From the human T2T-CHM13v2.0 reference genome, Homo sapiens, in assembly GCF_009914755.1 (NCBI RefSeq), contig NC_060928.1: 64,000 nucleotides of DNA; one strand, written 5' to 3'. A program made the position numbers and the translations under genes. The notes beneath the pieces were generated by a model that was not told the DNA's origin, ran no database searches, and saw only the letters and a program-made list of their open reading frames with translations. Position 1 is the first letter of the stretch. Every line of letters starts with the position of its first letter. Below are positions 26,318 through 47,244 of this stretch, in pieces.

Positions 26318-29115
26318 GGTTGGTTGGTAGGCTATTTGTTACTGATTCAATTTTAGAGCTCCTTATTTGTTTGTTCAGGTATTCAATTTCTTCCTCCTGG
26401 TTCAGGCTTGCGAGGGTGTATGTCTCCAGAAAATCATTTTTTTTTCTGGATTTTCTAGTTTGTGTGCACAGAGGTGTTCATAGAAGTGTCTGGTGGTTAT
26501 TTGTATTTCTCTTGGGTCAGTGGTAACATCCTGTTTGCTGTTTCTAATTGTGTTTATGTGAATCTTCTCCCTTTCTTCTGTATTAGTCTAGCTAGCAGTG
26601 TATGTGTTTAATTTTTTCAAAAAACCAGCTTGTTTTGAATTTTTTGTGTGTGTCTCAATATCTTTCAGTTCAGCTCTGATTTTGGTTATTCCTTGTCTTC
26701 TGCTAGCCTTGGAGTTGGTTTGCTCTTGCTTCTCTAGTTCTTTTAGTTGTAATGTTAGGTTGTTAATTTCACATATTTCTAACTTTTTGATGTGGGCATT
26801 TAGTGCTACAAATTTTCTTAATATGGCTTAGCTGTGTCCCAGGGATTCTGGTATGTTGTATCTTTGTTCCATTAGTTTCAAAGAACTTCCTGATTTCTGC
26901 CTTAATTTCATTATTTGTCCCAAAGTCAATCAGGAGCAGGTGGTTTAATTTCCATGCAGTTATATGGTTTTAAGTTATTTTCATTGTGTTGACTTCCATT
27001 TTTATTGTGCTGTGGTCTGAGAGTGTGTTTGATATGTTTTTTTGTGTGTGCTTTGCTGAGGATTGTTTTATGTCCAATTATATGGTTAATTTTAGAGTAC
27101 ATGCCATGTAGCAATGTTAATGTATATTCTGTAATGAGTGGAGAGAATGGACTGATATCTATCAGAGAATGGACTGATGTCTATCAGGTTCATTATCAGT
27201 GTTGAATTCTTATCCTGAATATCTTTGTTAATTTTCTGCCTTGATGATCTGTCTAACACTGTCAGCAGGGTGTTGAAGTCTCCCACTATTATTGTGTGGG
27301 AGTCTAAGTCTCCTTGGAGGTCTCTAAGAACTTGCCTATGAATCTGAGTGCTCCTGTGTTGTCTGGATATATTCTCAGGATAGTTAGGCCTTCTTGTTGA
27401 ATTGAACCCTTTACCATTATATAATGCCCTTCTTTGTCTTTTTTGATATTTGTTGGTTTAAAGTCAGTTTTGTCTGAAATTACAGTTGCAACCCTTGCCT
27501 TTTTCTGTTTTCCATTTGCTTGTTAGATTTTTCTCCATCCTTTTATTTTGAGCCTATGGGTGTCATTGCATGTGAAATAGGTCTCTTGAAGATAGAATAC
27601 TATTGGGTCTTGCTTTTTTATCCAGCTTGCTAGTCTGTCCCTTTGAAATGGTGCATTTAGCCCATTCACATTCAAGGTTAGTATTGGTGTGTGTGGATTT
27701 GATCCTGTTATCATGTTGTTACCTTGTTATTAGGCTGGCTTGTTTGTGTGATTGCTTTATAGTGTCACTGGTCTGTGTGCTTAAGTGTGTTTTTGTAGTG
27801 CCTGGCTGGTAATGGTCTTTCCATATTTAGTGCTTCTCTTGGGAACTCTTATAAGGCATGTCTGGTGGTAACAAAGTCCCTCACTCAGTGTTTGCTTGTC
27901 TAAAAAGGATCTTATTTCTCCTTCGCTTATGAAGCTTAGTTTGGCTGGATATGAAATTCTTGGTTGAAATTTGTTTTCTTTAAGAATGCTGAATATAGGC
28001 CCCAGTCTCTTCTGGCTTGTAGGGTTTCATTGAAAGGTCTGCTGTGGTTCTTTCTCTCTAGCTGCCTTTAATATTTTTTTCTTTTGCTTTGATCTTGGCA
28101 AATCTGATGATTATTTTTATTGGGCAATATCGTCTTGTGAAATATCTTGTGGGGGTTCTCTGCATTTCCTGAATTTGAATGTTGGACTCTCTAGCTAGGT
28201 TGGGGAAGTTCTTGTGGATGATATTCTGAAATGTTTTCAAAGTCGCTTCCATTCTCCTCACCTCTTCCAGGGACACCAATAAGTCATAGATTTGTTCTCT
28301 TTACATAATCACATATTTCTTGGAGTTTTTGTTTGTTCCTTTTCATTATTTTTTCTATATTTTTGTCTACGTTATTTCAGAAAGCCAGTCTTCAAGCTCT
28401 GTGGTTATTTTCTCAGCTTTGTTTGTTCTGGTGTTAATAATTGCATTTACATTATTAAATTCTTGTAGCTTGTCTTTTGGCTCTATCAGATTGGTTATGT
28501 TCTTTTCTGTACCGGCTATTTTATCTGTCAGCTCCTGAATTATTTTATTGTTATTCTTAGCTTCCTTTGACTGGGTTTCAATGTTCTCCTGAATATTGAT
28601 GATCTTCATTCCTATTCATATTCTGAATTCTATTTCTGTCATTTCAGCCATCTGAGTCTGGTTAAGAACCCTTGTTGGAGAGCTAGTGTGATCATTTGGA
28701 GGAAATGAGGCACTCTGGCTTTTTCAGTTGTCAGAGTTCTTTCACTGGTTCTTTCTCATCTTTGTGGGCTGATGTTCCTTCAATCTTTGAAGTTGCAGTC
28801 TGTTTGATTTTTTTTTTCCTGTATCCTATTTGATGACCTTTGGGATTTGATCATGGTATAAGGTGAGTTCAGTCAAATGGCTTCATTTCTGGAAGATTTT
28901 GGGGGGGGTACCAAGGCTTAGCTCAGGACTTCTGGACTGTGTGCTCTAATTCTGGGGGACTGGAACTGGCCCCTGGCTTTGCTCTCTGGCTCCTTGAGAT
29001 TAGGAACCTGCTGTGGTGGAGGGGTCAAGGTGTTACTGGATTGCTGTTCACAGCACTCTGATGGGTGGTGCCAGCCAACCACTTCATAGGGTGGTGGCAG
29101 CAGGATCCATCCTCT
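23942..29115 (-). mobile_element. Near full-length degraded L1 (L1PA13-16-like), 5'UTR truncated
   Basis: Colinear ORF2 fragments (24171-24464, 25392-25577, 25867-26079; endonuclease N-terminus MITGSNPHTPILTLNVNGLN at 27523-27714) and ORF1 fragments (28058-28609). Confidence 0.93.
25289..25317 (-). mobile_element. 29-bp Alu 5'-end remnant at an internal L1 deletion
   Basis: ATTATAGGTGTGAGCCACTGTGCCCAGCC is the reverse complement of Alu nt ~1-29. Confidence 0.8.
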
Positions 29116-29231
29116 TTTGGAAAAATGATATAGTTCTATTCTAAGATGTTAAAGTTCTAAGCTTATCTAGACTGTATGTTTATTAGGGCAATTACAACCT
29201 ATGGATAATATAATATACTTGCTGGGCTATA

Positions 29232-29537
<306 letters not shown>

Positions 29538-31089
29538 CCTCCAGGCACTTTTTAAGGGAAATACAGGAGTTATCCTCAATAAAAATGAGCAATGATTCAT
29601 GAATCTATTAACTGAAGGAAGTTAGACCTAAAAGGAATCTACGCTCTTCTGTTTTCTCTACTAGTCAGATAACAATACCTTATGTATGTATATGCATGAT
29701 GCTTTGTCACTTAAAAATTACCTATACTTTGCCAAATTAAATATGCACAGTAAGTTATAGATGTTCATCATTCTCATTTCTCAGGTCAGAAACAGAAATT
29801 TATAAAATCTGATTTTTTTCAAGATCACAGAATTAGAAACCAGCAAGACTAGAATGCAAATCCATATTCTTTGAGTCAAAATTTAAATCTCTTCCTGCTA
29901 CCTTTTGGCTTCTTTAATTGCTGTGTGATTATATATAATAGGAGCTAAGGGAAGACTTGTTCATCACTTTTGCTGTCCAGCTAATGTATATGGATAATTT
30001 GTCTGATCAATTGCATATCAAAATTGACCTCAATTAGAACACAGTTCACATAAATACTTCAGAAAAAAAGATTATCTAGTGTTCTTGCTGTGGGCACTGC
30101 CAGTATTGCGATACATACTACTCTGGATATTTATTTTCTGCCAGTGTGGTGATACATGAAATACTATGAAAAATTAGAAGATCTATGAGGGGAAGAATGT
30201 GGATCCTTATCTTTTTCCGGACCAAAGAGAATTTTGAAAGCTAAGAATTTATTTATTTGAAGATGAAACTAATGTAGGCCCAATGAATAACTTAAGACTG
30301 AATTAATCTAATCATTATCTGTTCAATCCACACTGAAAATCTTGTCTTCTATTTCTTTTTCAATATTCTTTATTCAAAAGGTAAGTGGAAATATTTTATT
30401 TCCATGTTACATTTGCTGAATTGGACTAAATAGCTACATTTTTGGTATTTTAGGCTGTACAATGTTATGTATCCAGGAAACCTTCCATAAAAATATCAAG
30501 TTTATGCTCCCCTTTTAAAACACATGCGTATGTTAAGAAAAACAGAATGTCTCTATTTTCTTTATTTTAAAAATATAGTTATCAAAATATTTCTTCTTGA
30601 AGTATTTGATGTACCAGAAGTTTTAAAGCTTTTATGATGTCTGTGCCAGATGTAAGATTTTATTGAAGTTCAAAACACTGAAGCATTAGATTTAGATTGA
30701 TCCTGTACTTGGGCTCACCATACACTCTCATTTATTCTTGCTTTTTGTAAATATGGTGGTTCCTTTCCCATGTTAGCTCTTTTTTGAAAGGCCATTAAAA
30801 TGAGGAAAGCTGAAGAAATATTTTAAAGTATGCACATATGTTTTTAAAAGTCTAAATAGTTATTGAGGTATAATAGACATACAATAAATTGCACATATTC
30901 AAAATGTACAACATGAAAAATTTTGACAACTGTGTACCATAAAACCATCACTGCATCAGAGTGACAAATGTATCTACCACCTCCAAAAGTTTCTATGTGC
31001 TTTTGTGTTTTCTTCCTCCTGTTATTTCGCACTATACCCCCATCTGCTGGCAATTGCTGTCTGATGTCCATCAGTACAGAACAGTTTGC

Positions 31090-31398
<309 letters not shown>

Positions 31399-31805
31399 TA
31401 AGTTGGTATGAGTGGAATCATGGAACACACAACTCTCCTTTGTCTTATTTACTCACTCAACACAACACTACACATACTCATCTGTTTTGGGTACATCAAC
31501 TGTTCAGTTGTGAATAAGTGAGTTTAGCAAGGTTGAAGGATACAAGATCAACATGTGAAGAACAACTGTATTTGTATATACTAACAGTGAATGATCATTG
31601 GTGGGTGGTACTCACCATGTGGCTATACCACAGTGTGTTTATCCATTTATCTGTTAATTAACATTTGGGGCGCAATTAACCTTATGTACATGTCTTTGTA
31701 TAGGACATATGCTTTCATTTCTCCTGAGCAATATCTAGAAATGGCTGGTGCATACTTACACATAGGTGATAGATCATACATATAGCTGGTGTATGTTTAA
31801 CTTTT

Positions 31806-31944
31806 AATTAATTCATTTATTTGTAGAGATGGAGGAATCTTGTGATGCTGCCCAGCCTGGTCATCAACTCCTGGGCTCAAGGTGTCCTCCTACCTCAGCC
31901 TCTCTAGAAGCTGGGACTATCAGCACATATCACTGTGACTGACT
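31806..31944 (-). mobile_element. Alu monomer (FLAM/FAM-like)
   Basis: Single arm CTCCTGGGCTCAAG...CCTCAGCCTC, flanked by TGTTTAACTTTTAA / TGCTTAACTTTTAA. Confidence 0.75.
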
Positions 31945-32080
31945 CTTGCTTAACTTTTAAAAATATCCCTAAACTATTTCCCTTAAGTGCTTATACCATT
32001 TCATATTCTTACCAGCTGTGAGCGTTCAAGTTGTTTCACATCCTTGCCTACACACTTGGTGCTATGGGCTGAATTGTGTC

Positions 32081-34043
32081 TGTGATGGTTAGTATTGAGT
32101 GTCAACTCGATTGGGTTGAAGGATGCAAAGAATATTTGTGGGTGTGTCTGTGAGGGTGTTGTCAAAGGAGATTAACATTTGAGTCAGTGGACTGGGAGAG
32201 GCAGACCCATCCCCAATCTGGGTGGGCACATCTATTCAGCTGCCAGCACAGCTAGACTAAAACAGGCAGAAGAAGATAGAAGGAGCAGACTTGCTGAGTC
32301 TTCTGGCCTTCATCTTTCTCCCATGCTGGATGCTTCTTGCCCTTGTATATCAGACTCCAAGTTCTTCAGCTTCTGGACTCACACCAGTGGTTTGCCAGTG
32401 TCTCTTGGACCTTAAGCCACAGATGGAAGGCTGCACTGCTGGCTTCCCTACTTTTGAGGTTTTGGGACTTGGACTGGCTTTCTTGTTCCTCAGCTTGCAG
32501 ACGTCCTATTGTGTCTGAAATTGGTGGGCTCTTGGTCTCACTGACTTCAAGAATGAAGCCGCGGACCCTCGCGGTGAGTGTTACAGCTCTTAAGGTGGCG
32601 CGTCTGGAGTTTGTTCCTTCTGACGTTCGGATGTGTTTGGAGTTTCTTCCTTCTGGTGGGTTCGTGGTCTCGCTGGCTTTAGGAGTGAAGCTGCAGACCT
32701 TTGCGGTGAGTGTTACAGCTCTTAAGGCAGCACGTCTGGAGTTATTCGTTCCTCCCGGTGGGCTCGCGGTCTCGCTGGCTTCAGGAGTGAGGCTGCAGAC
32801 CTTCGCGGTGTTACAGCTCATAAAAGCAGTGTGGACCCAAAGAGTGAGCAGTGGCAAGATTTATTGCAAAGACAAAAGAACAAAGCTTCCAAAGTGTGGA
32901 AGGGGACCCGAGCGAGTTGCCACTGCTCGCTGGGCAGCCTGCTTTTATTCTCTTATCTGGCCCCACCCACATCCTGCTGATTGGTAGAGCTGAGTGGTCT
33001 GTTTTGACAGGGCGCTGATTGGTACCTTTACACTCCCTGAGCTAGACACAAACGTTCTCCACCCCCACCAGATTAGTTAGATACAGAGTATGGACACAAA
33101 GGTTCTCCAAGGCCCCACCAGAATAGCTAGATACAGAGTGTCGATTGTTGCATTCACAAACCCTGAGCTAGACACAGGGTGCTGATTGGTGTGTTTACAA
33201 ACCTTGAGCTAGATAGAGTGCTAATTGGTGTATTTACAATCCCTGAGCTAGACATGAAGGTTCTCCATGTCCCCACCAGACTCAGGAGCCCAGCTGGCTT
33301 CACCCAGTGGATCCCTCACTGGGGCTGCAGGTGGAGCTGCCTGCCAGTCCCTGTGCAGTGCGCCCACACTCCTCAGCCCTTGGGTGGTCCATGGGGCTGG
33401 GCGCCGTGGAGCAGGGGGCGGCGCTCATCGAGGAGGCTCGGGCCGCACAGGAGCCCACGGATTGGGTGGGAGGTTCAGGCATGGCGGGCTGCAGGTCCCG
33501 AGCCCTGCCGCGCGGGAAGGCAGGTAAGGTCCCGCTAGAAATCAAGCGCAGCGCCAGCGGGCCGGCACTGCTGGGGGACCCAGTACACCCTCTGCAGCCG
33601 CTGGCCCGGGTGCTAACCCTCTCATTGCCCGGGCCGGCAGGGCCCTCCGGCTGCTCCGAGTGCGGGGCCGCCAAGCCCACGCCCACCCGGAACTCCAGCT
33701 GGCCCGCAAGCGCCGTGCGCAGCCCCAGTTCCCGTTGGCTCCTCTCCCTCCATACCTCCCTGCAAGCTGACAGAGCAGGCTGTGGCCTTGGCCAGCCCAG
33801 AAAGGGGTTCCCACAGTGCAGCGGTGGGCTGAAGGGCTCCTCAAGTGCCGCCAAAGTGAGAGCCCAGGCAGAGGAGGCGCTGAGAGCGAGCAAGGGCTCT
33901 GAGGACTGTCAGCACGCTGTCACCTCTCACTATTGTGAGACTTCACGTTGTGATGGTGTGAGTCAATACTCCTTATTAAACTTTCTTTCATATATACATC
34001 TATCCTATTAGTCCTATCCCTCTAGAGAACAGTGACTAATACA
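32081..34043 (+). mobile_element. MLT2A (HERV-L) solo LTR split by LTR12C
   Basis: TGTGATGGTTAGTATTGAGTGTCAACT start; CTCTAGAGAACAGTGACTAATACA end. Confidence 0.9.
32510..33929 (-). mobile_element. LTR12C (ERV9) solo LTR, 1420 bp
   Basis: Minus strand starts TGAGAGGTGACAGCGTGCTG and ends CCAATTTCAGACACA. Tandem GCTGATTGG (CCAAT) repeats. Exact 4-bp TSD CTAT at 32506-09 and 33930-33. Confidence 0.97.
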
Positions 34044-34091
34044 ATATCCTTTTCCAAATTTATATGTAAATTATATCTTAATAAAGCTGTT

Positions 34092-34391
34092 GTCTGGGCA
34101 CAGTGGCTCACACCTGTAATCCCGGAACTTTGGGAGGCCAGGATGGGCAGATCACCTGAGGTCAGGAGTTCAAGACCAGCATGGCCAACATGGTGAAATC
34201 CCATCTCTACTAAAAGTATAAAAATTAGCTGGTTGTAGTGGCAGATGCCTGTAATCCCAGCTACTTGGGAGGCTGAGGCAGGAGAATCGCTTGAACCTGG
34301 GAGGCGGAGGTTGCGGTAAGCTGAGATCACACCACTGTACTACAGCCTGGATGACAGAGTGAGACTCTGTCTCAAAAAAAAAAAAAAAAAA
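34092..34391 (+). mobile_element. AluSx
   Basis: GATCACCTGAGGTCAGGAGTTC; TSD AAAGCTGTT. Confidence 0.93.
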
Positions 34392-34399
34392 GCTGTTAC

Positions 34400-38076
<3,677 letters not shown>

Positions 38077-39235
38077 TTCCTTTCTTACTTTTAACCAAAA
38101 AAAGCCCCTCTTTACCCAATTGCTTAGCTTGAACCCAAGTTGCAAAACACAAAGGCGCCCATTGGAGGAAGAAATAGACTTGGGGAAGAAACTATAGTAG
38201 TGAACCAAGAAATGAACCAAAGGAAGAGCCAGAAAGAAACTTGAATCACTTATCTGTCAGTCTGAAGGCAAACAGACCATACTTAGTCACTTCTTTCTTC
38301 CTCAGTCTACATCACTTTAAAGTTACCTTTTAATTAACTTTCTATGAAAATATATTTTAAGGTAACTTAAGTTTCCTTTTTGCTAGTCTAGGCATTTGAA
38401 GGTAGGTGTTCAGACCCCAGATTAGATGCAAGCCTAGTAATGCAGAATTTAAAAAAGTAAGAGGGAACAGGACCAAATTGAATTTTGTGAGAAAACTAAC
38501 ATTTCAGGCAAGGCTTGATCATCTTGAGACCTCATTGCCAATTTTGTTTTGAAATCTATTACCAATGAGGTGATTTCAACATGACAACATGTATTTTGAA
38601 AAGGGACCCAATTGGGAATGAGTGGAAACAGGTATTTGTAAAGTAAAAGTTAACTTAATCAGCAAAAAAACTCAAAACAAAAATTTGAAAAATAATTTAA
38701 ATGAAAAATTAAAGTTTATTATAAAGGGTTAGAGATAAGCATTTATAAGTAGGGTTTAAAAGCTCACATAGAGGCATATATTTTCTTTAAGAAGTCATGT
38801 TAGAATCATTTTGCTAAAATATCACATCTGTCTTACAGAAATTACAACAGAAAAGCAACAAGATTACAAAATCATTTCAAAATAAATATTGTACCAACCT
38901 AATGGAAAAACATCTGTGCTGTTTTAGCTTATTACAGCAGTTTGTCATGACAATTTATAGATAAGTATGCAATTTTTCTTAGATTTATTATTGGAAACTT
39001 CTACTTATAGGTCTGTGGTTTAAGACAGGAAATGTGTTTTGATTGATTATCCTGAAAAGAAATTGGTAGGCCAAATGTTGAAACCATGAAAACATTAGGA
39101 GATGAAGTAACAGTTGAAAAAATGAACTGCACTTTGGAAGAACTCACAGGAGTAGTGATGATTGTACCACTAAATCTTGTGCTTGTTTACCAAAGTTGAG
39201 AGAGAAAAATTTCAGTTGAACTAGTATGTAGAGTG

Positions 39236-39282
39236 ATACTCTGGTTTCTCTTGAGATGGTATAAATCTTTTGCCTTTTACTA
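39236..39282 (+). pseudogene. RNU5: 3'-truncated U5 snRNA retrocopy (nt 1-47)
   Basis: ATACTCTGGTTTCTCTTGAGATGGTATAAATCTTTTGCCTTTTACTA versus recalled U5 5' ATACTCTGGTTTCTCTTCAGATCG(C/T)ATAAATCTTTCGCCTTTTACTA (3-4 mismatches). Exact 19-bp direct repeat at 39220-39238 and 39279-39297. Confidence 0.92.
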
Positions 39283-40956
39283 GTATGTAGAGTGATATGA
39301 GAATTCCCTCTAATAGGCAAGTGAATGGAGAGTAGATAATATAACAACTGAGAAAATATAATCCTTAACCCTTCAAAAGAAAATATTTCTTCAAGAAGTG
39401 GGTACAAGCAAAGCAATTCAATAAATTAGAAATACATTATGATTATAAGGACAGTGCATTTAGAGTTCCCAATGACCTGATTTAACTATTAAAAATATAC
39501 ACAGGCAAACCATACACTAAATCATAATAGCCGATTTTAGAATTCCTCTCAGGAAGAGCACTGTCTTAGCTTGAGTGGCTGTAGATAGTAAGATCCTTAG
39601 GATATGGGTTGGTAGGCACAAAGAATAAGTACATCTTCATATAATAACAAACAAGCATGTAACAAACAGGAATTTGGTAATTGAGAGGACAGCAGAAATG
39701 AGAGAAAAGAGAAAGTAAGAGAAAGTTGAATTACATAGTGAAATTCTGGAGCCCAAATTGGGGAAAAGATCTCCAGAGCTTTTTAAGTACAGTGGTCTAA
39801 TACATGTGATGTTTTCTGCTGTTAAGAGCTGTAATATAGACTTCTTTACCTTACCCTGAAATTTCATTGAAGTCTGCTGCACACATGCCTTGTATCAATT
39901 AAATTTTAGAAAAAACAAAGGGGCTGTGTTCCTTTTCTTAGATGAGATGGTGAAACACATATCTAACAGGAACACCTTCTGTAGACACCAGAACTAAACC
40001 AGGATCAAACATCATTAGAAAAAACATGTTAGTGCTGTTTGCATTAACTTATGTCTCCAGATTGTGAGGGATGCAGAGATCCTTGCTTATGAGAGGGAGA
40101 TTCAATCAATTTTATTTGAATTTCAGAGATCACCAATGGGTTTTGATGATGAAATCTCATTTCTCTTACTTATTAGCTGTATGCTCTTAGGCAATTCATA
40201 TAAATCTTCTAACATTCTAGTTATTAAAATGTGGGTGATGCACTTATAAAATTTATTGTAATAATTAAATGTAATAAAGTTAAGTGAAAGTTTCTGGCAT
40301 ATACTAAGTGTTCAATAGATATTAGGCAGAAGTAGTAGAAATTAGACAAGAAAAGAGTTGAAAATAGTAATTGAAAGAGCAATATGTTATTCTTAACATA
40401 AACTCTTATGGGTTACTACTATCTTCCAGGCACTGTTCTAGACATGGAGCAATTTAGCATTGAGTCAAACAGGAAAAGTTCCTCCTTTCTTGGTAATTGT
40501 ACTATACAAACTCAATGAAGATTTATTTTATTTTTTTACCAGCTGTGAAATAACATAAAACTTAAAGTATAATGAGACAAATTAAATGTGTAAAGCATGA
40601 AATAGTTTTTTCCTATTTTTAAGTCTGCAAAATAGAACCTGAAGCAACTTATTACCTGTGCATCAGTGTTTTCACATGAATGTTGTTGCTAATCCTCTGA
40701 AAAGTGGAAAATAAAAATGAAGCTCTCTAATCAGAGCTGATTTTAAAGGACAAGCGTTATTTTAATACGAAGAAAATACAAGAAAATAATATGTTGTAAA
40801 GGGAGATTTTAATTAACTCTTAGAAGAGTAATTAGGTAAAAAGCTTGCAAATAACAATATTTAGGTAAGGTTAAAAAGAATAAATACACATTCAATTGTT
40901 AGTAGATTAAGACTGAAGCAAAACTGAATGTGCGAAATTAAAGTAGAAAATACTTC

Positions 40957-41659
40957 TGTTTCCGGAACCAAGCCGGGTCAGGCTGTGTTTTCTCAAGGCC
41001 CAATAACGAGAAACAGACAAACTAGGGAAGAAGGGAATTTATTGCTGTAACTGGATACAGGGAGAAGGCCAGAGATAATTCCACCAGACCAAGTCAAAAT
41101 GTTACAATTTTCTTAGTGCTTATATAGGTTGGGGTTACGTGCCTAGGTGCCGTATAACATTCGCCTAAGTTTGTTGGTAACTAATTTTGTTTCAACTAGA
41201 AGATCAGAGGCAAAAATGCTTGCTAAGTCCAATTAAAAGGGCCCCAGTACTTCCAAGGCCTGTCTACTGTGGTACCAGGGTGATTATTTCTATCTTATCT
41301 TTTTTACAGCTTAGTCTGGAGAGCTGCCTTAGACTCTCGAATGAATCTATTCAAACAGCTGCCTCTGTTACCTTGACTTGTCTCAGATATGGGTCCTGGC
41401 ACCAGGAATGAAAGACAAGTCTCTATTATTTCGGTTTGCTCCAGGTTAGGGAGAAGCCCATGCAAGATTTCTACTGACCATATGTTTCATTTCTAGCTTT
41501 GATGTCTGGGCACTGATTTCCCTAGGCTTAACTATTTGCTCAATGTTAAGGCAGCTCTGTGGAAATTTGTCTGTGTAACTTAAGTGCTATGCAGGCCTGT
41601 CTGTGTGATTGTCATACAGACCTTTCTGTGTGATTGTCAGGGAGAATTGGCCTGCCACA
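40957..41659 (-). mobile_element. Solo ERV LTR (ERV1-class by TSD length), family not assigned
   Basis: TG...CA termini, 703 bp. 4-bp TSD CTTC at 40953-56 and 41660-63. Minus strand has a TATATAA box and AATAAA. Confidence 0.85.
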
Positions 41660-41684
41660 CTTCCATAAAATATTATGCATGTAA

Positions 41685-42017
<333 letters not shown>

Positions 42018-42021
42018 TTAA

Positions 42022-42369
<348 letters not shown>

Positions 42370-43363
42370 CCCTTTTTATTCTTTAAAGTATATCCTAAAG
42401 TTAAATAACTTCCATGACGTTTCTTTCAACTGTAGTGGATGAAATATATTGGAATAGTCTGCAGAGGCTTTTCAGTTATGATAGGATAACTGGATCAAGT
42501 TAAACCTGTAGCAGAGGGCAGATGTAGAATGTGGATAAACAAAGCAAAACAAACAGTAGTTTATAAGGTATTAGATTACAATTAAGGCAAATGAGTTGAA
42601 CTACGAAGATATCAGAAAGGAAGGAACAGCATTGAGGTGAATTCTACATTTGTGACCACTTTTCCCTTTGGGCTACTTGTCAACTATTACTTGAGGGCAT
42701 GGAACCCCCAAAAAAGATGTGGTATAGATTTTATGTTTGTCTCACTGGGCTGAAGAGAAATCAGTTGGAGTTGAGGGCTAGCAAGGAAATCGAGAATAAA
42801 TGGGTCAGGATCCCAAAGAAAAAAGAACTGCAGAATAGTAAATACCTATATTCTGCATACAATTTTTTATCAAAGCATTTTTTGGCTCTAGAAGTGTACA
42901 AGTTCAGAGAGGGAAATGAAGAAAGCAGTTGCTAATATGCTAAAAAAATAAACAGAAAATACTACAATTTTATGGACTTTTGAGAAACAAAGTGGAGTGT
43001 AGTCTTTGCCAAAAACAGGCTATGGTAAACAACACAGGCTTTCACTTAATACCCTTGAAATAACTAAACCTAAAAGTAAGGACAAATGAAAATAGGTACA
43101 CCTCAACTAGATTAAAGTGATTTGTTTTATTTATTTATTTATTTATTTATTTATTTTTTATTATACTTTAAGTTCTAGGGTACATGTGCACAACGTGCAG
43201 GTTTGTTATATATGTATGCATGTGCCATGTTGGTGTGCTGCACCCATTAACTCTTCGTTTACATTAGGTATATCTCCTAATGCTATCCATCCCCCAGACC
43301 CCCACCCCGCAACAGGCCCTGTTGTGTGATGTTCCCCTTCCTGTGTCCCAGTGTTCTCATTGT

Positions 43364-47184
<3,821 letters not shown>

Positions 47185-47244
47185 TATGATGTTAGCTGGT
47201 TATTTTGCTTGTTAGTTGATGCAGTTTCTTCCTAGCATCGATGG

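Noticed and set aside
27142-27185. 22-bp tandem duplication inside the old L1
   Set aside because: Ordinary slippage-type duplication with no further structure.
32337-34011. Several long overlapping ORFs (163-234 aa) on both strands
   Set aside because: They lie in the GC-rich LTR12C/MLT2A, where stop codons are rare. Such frames are generic for LTR12 and show no protein-family signature.
39220-39297. 19-bp repeat / 40-bp spacer / 19-bp repeat as a CRISPR-like unit
   Set aside because: Only two repeats, in eukaryotic DNA. The spacer is U5 snRNA, so the repeats are a target-site duplication.
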